From NCBI GenBank assembly GCA_041663045.1, contig JBAZRH010000002.1, positions 193,946 to 257,945 on the forward strand: a stretch of DNA of 64,000 nt. The letters are read 5' to 3'. Each line of letters starts with the position of its first letter. The first letter of the stretch is position 1. The notes beneath the pieces are model-generated. The model was not told where the DNA came from, did no database searches, and saw nothing but the letters and a program-made list of their open reading frames with translations. Shown here piece after piece: positions 63,954-64,000 of this stretch. This DNA comes from Minisyncoccota bacterium (lineage in GTDB: Bacteria; Patescibacteriota; Minisyncoccia; Phycocordibacterales; GWA1-40-21). Made by a program: the position numbers and the translations under genes.

Positions 63954-64000
63954 TAATTTTTTCGGATGGTTCATCGAGAGGAAATCCTGGTCCTGGTGGC
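63938..64000 (+). CDS. rnhA: ribonuclease HI (N-terminal 21 codons; continues beyond window)
   Basis: MERNIIIFSDGSSRGNPGPGG matches the RNase HI DGS..GNPGPGG start; overlaps the tsaC 3' end. Confidence 0.55.
   Translation, partial: MERNIIIFSDGSSRGNPGPGG

Noticed and set aside
1-64000. CRISPR array, rRNA genes, transposase or IS elements
   Set aside because: No regularly spaced direct repeats with unique spacers, no rRNA-like conserved segments and no transposase-like ORFs were seen. The repeats present are the tRNA-associated elements and the leader and terminator families described above.

Overview
The window is AT-rich bacterial DNA that translates cleanly with the standard genetic code. 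Its gene content is typical of a reduced, CPR/Patescibacteria-like genome, and 3 paralogous TrmB-like regulators are scattered through it. The rough layout is:
- 1-8.6 kb: a glycan-biosynthesis cluster with GT2, GT4 and GT9 glycosyltransferases, a pyruvyl-transferase-like gene, a DMT transporter, an aldo-keto reductase, and two Tmk-like P-loop kinases, one of them fused to the GT4.
- 8.7-24 kb: housekeeping genes (holA, rsmE, clpP, rny, hup, nadK, cca), interrupted by tRNAs and by small islands of visibly higher G+C.
- 24-39 kb: an accessory region with three type II toxin-antitoxin pairs, xth, a Xer-like tyrosine recombinase, a YraN-like nuclease, an NYN protein and many small hypothetical proteins. 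These genes sit between rpsO and pnp, which are normally adjacent.
- 39.6-64 kb: pnp, comM/yifB, recJ, tadA, HIT, a RuvX/tRNA-binding fusion, DedA, a pilMNO-like operon, rluA, rplS, a PduO-type adenosyltransferase, a ZIP transporter, a csoR-copA copper operon, rlmH, tsaC and the start of rnhA.

I count 10 tRNA genes: Lys-UUU, Gly-UCC, Pro-UGG, Arg-UCG, Gly-GCC, Ser-UGA, Arg-UCU, Val-UAC, Leu-GAG and His-GUG. None encodes CCA, and there are at least 2 degenerate tRNA copies.

The most striking signal is a family of short GC-rich structured elements placed immediately next to tRNA genes. Each ends in an exact or near-exact copy of the neighbouring tRNA's T-arm and acceptor 3' end. The members share conserved modules: a stem-loop presenting GAGCGACGGCGAG, a GUGAGnCGGGGUCGnAG motif, and a GUGACCGAGUCCU junction. 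The downstream genes rluA and the pduO-type gene start directly at these copies. This looks like either miniature tRNA-targeting integrative elements or a new class of tRNA-3'-end-mimicking ncRNA.

Other notable signals:
- three copies of a ~95-nt structured leader whose last hairpin sequesters the Shine-Dalgarno sequence;
- a duplicated ~90-nt structured promoter/leader module upstream of two unrelated genes;
- perfect DnaA boxes in an AT-rich repeat-bearing region around yraN;
- several ORFs of clearly foreign G+C.

All coordinates I derived by hand (tRNAs, repeats, promoters) may be off by 1-2 nt. ORF coordinates come from the supplied track.
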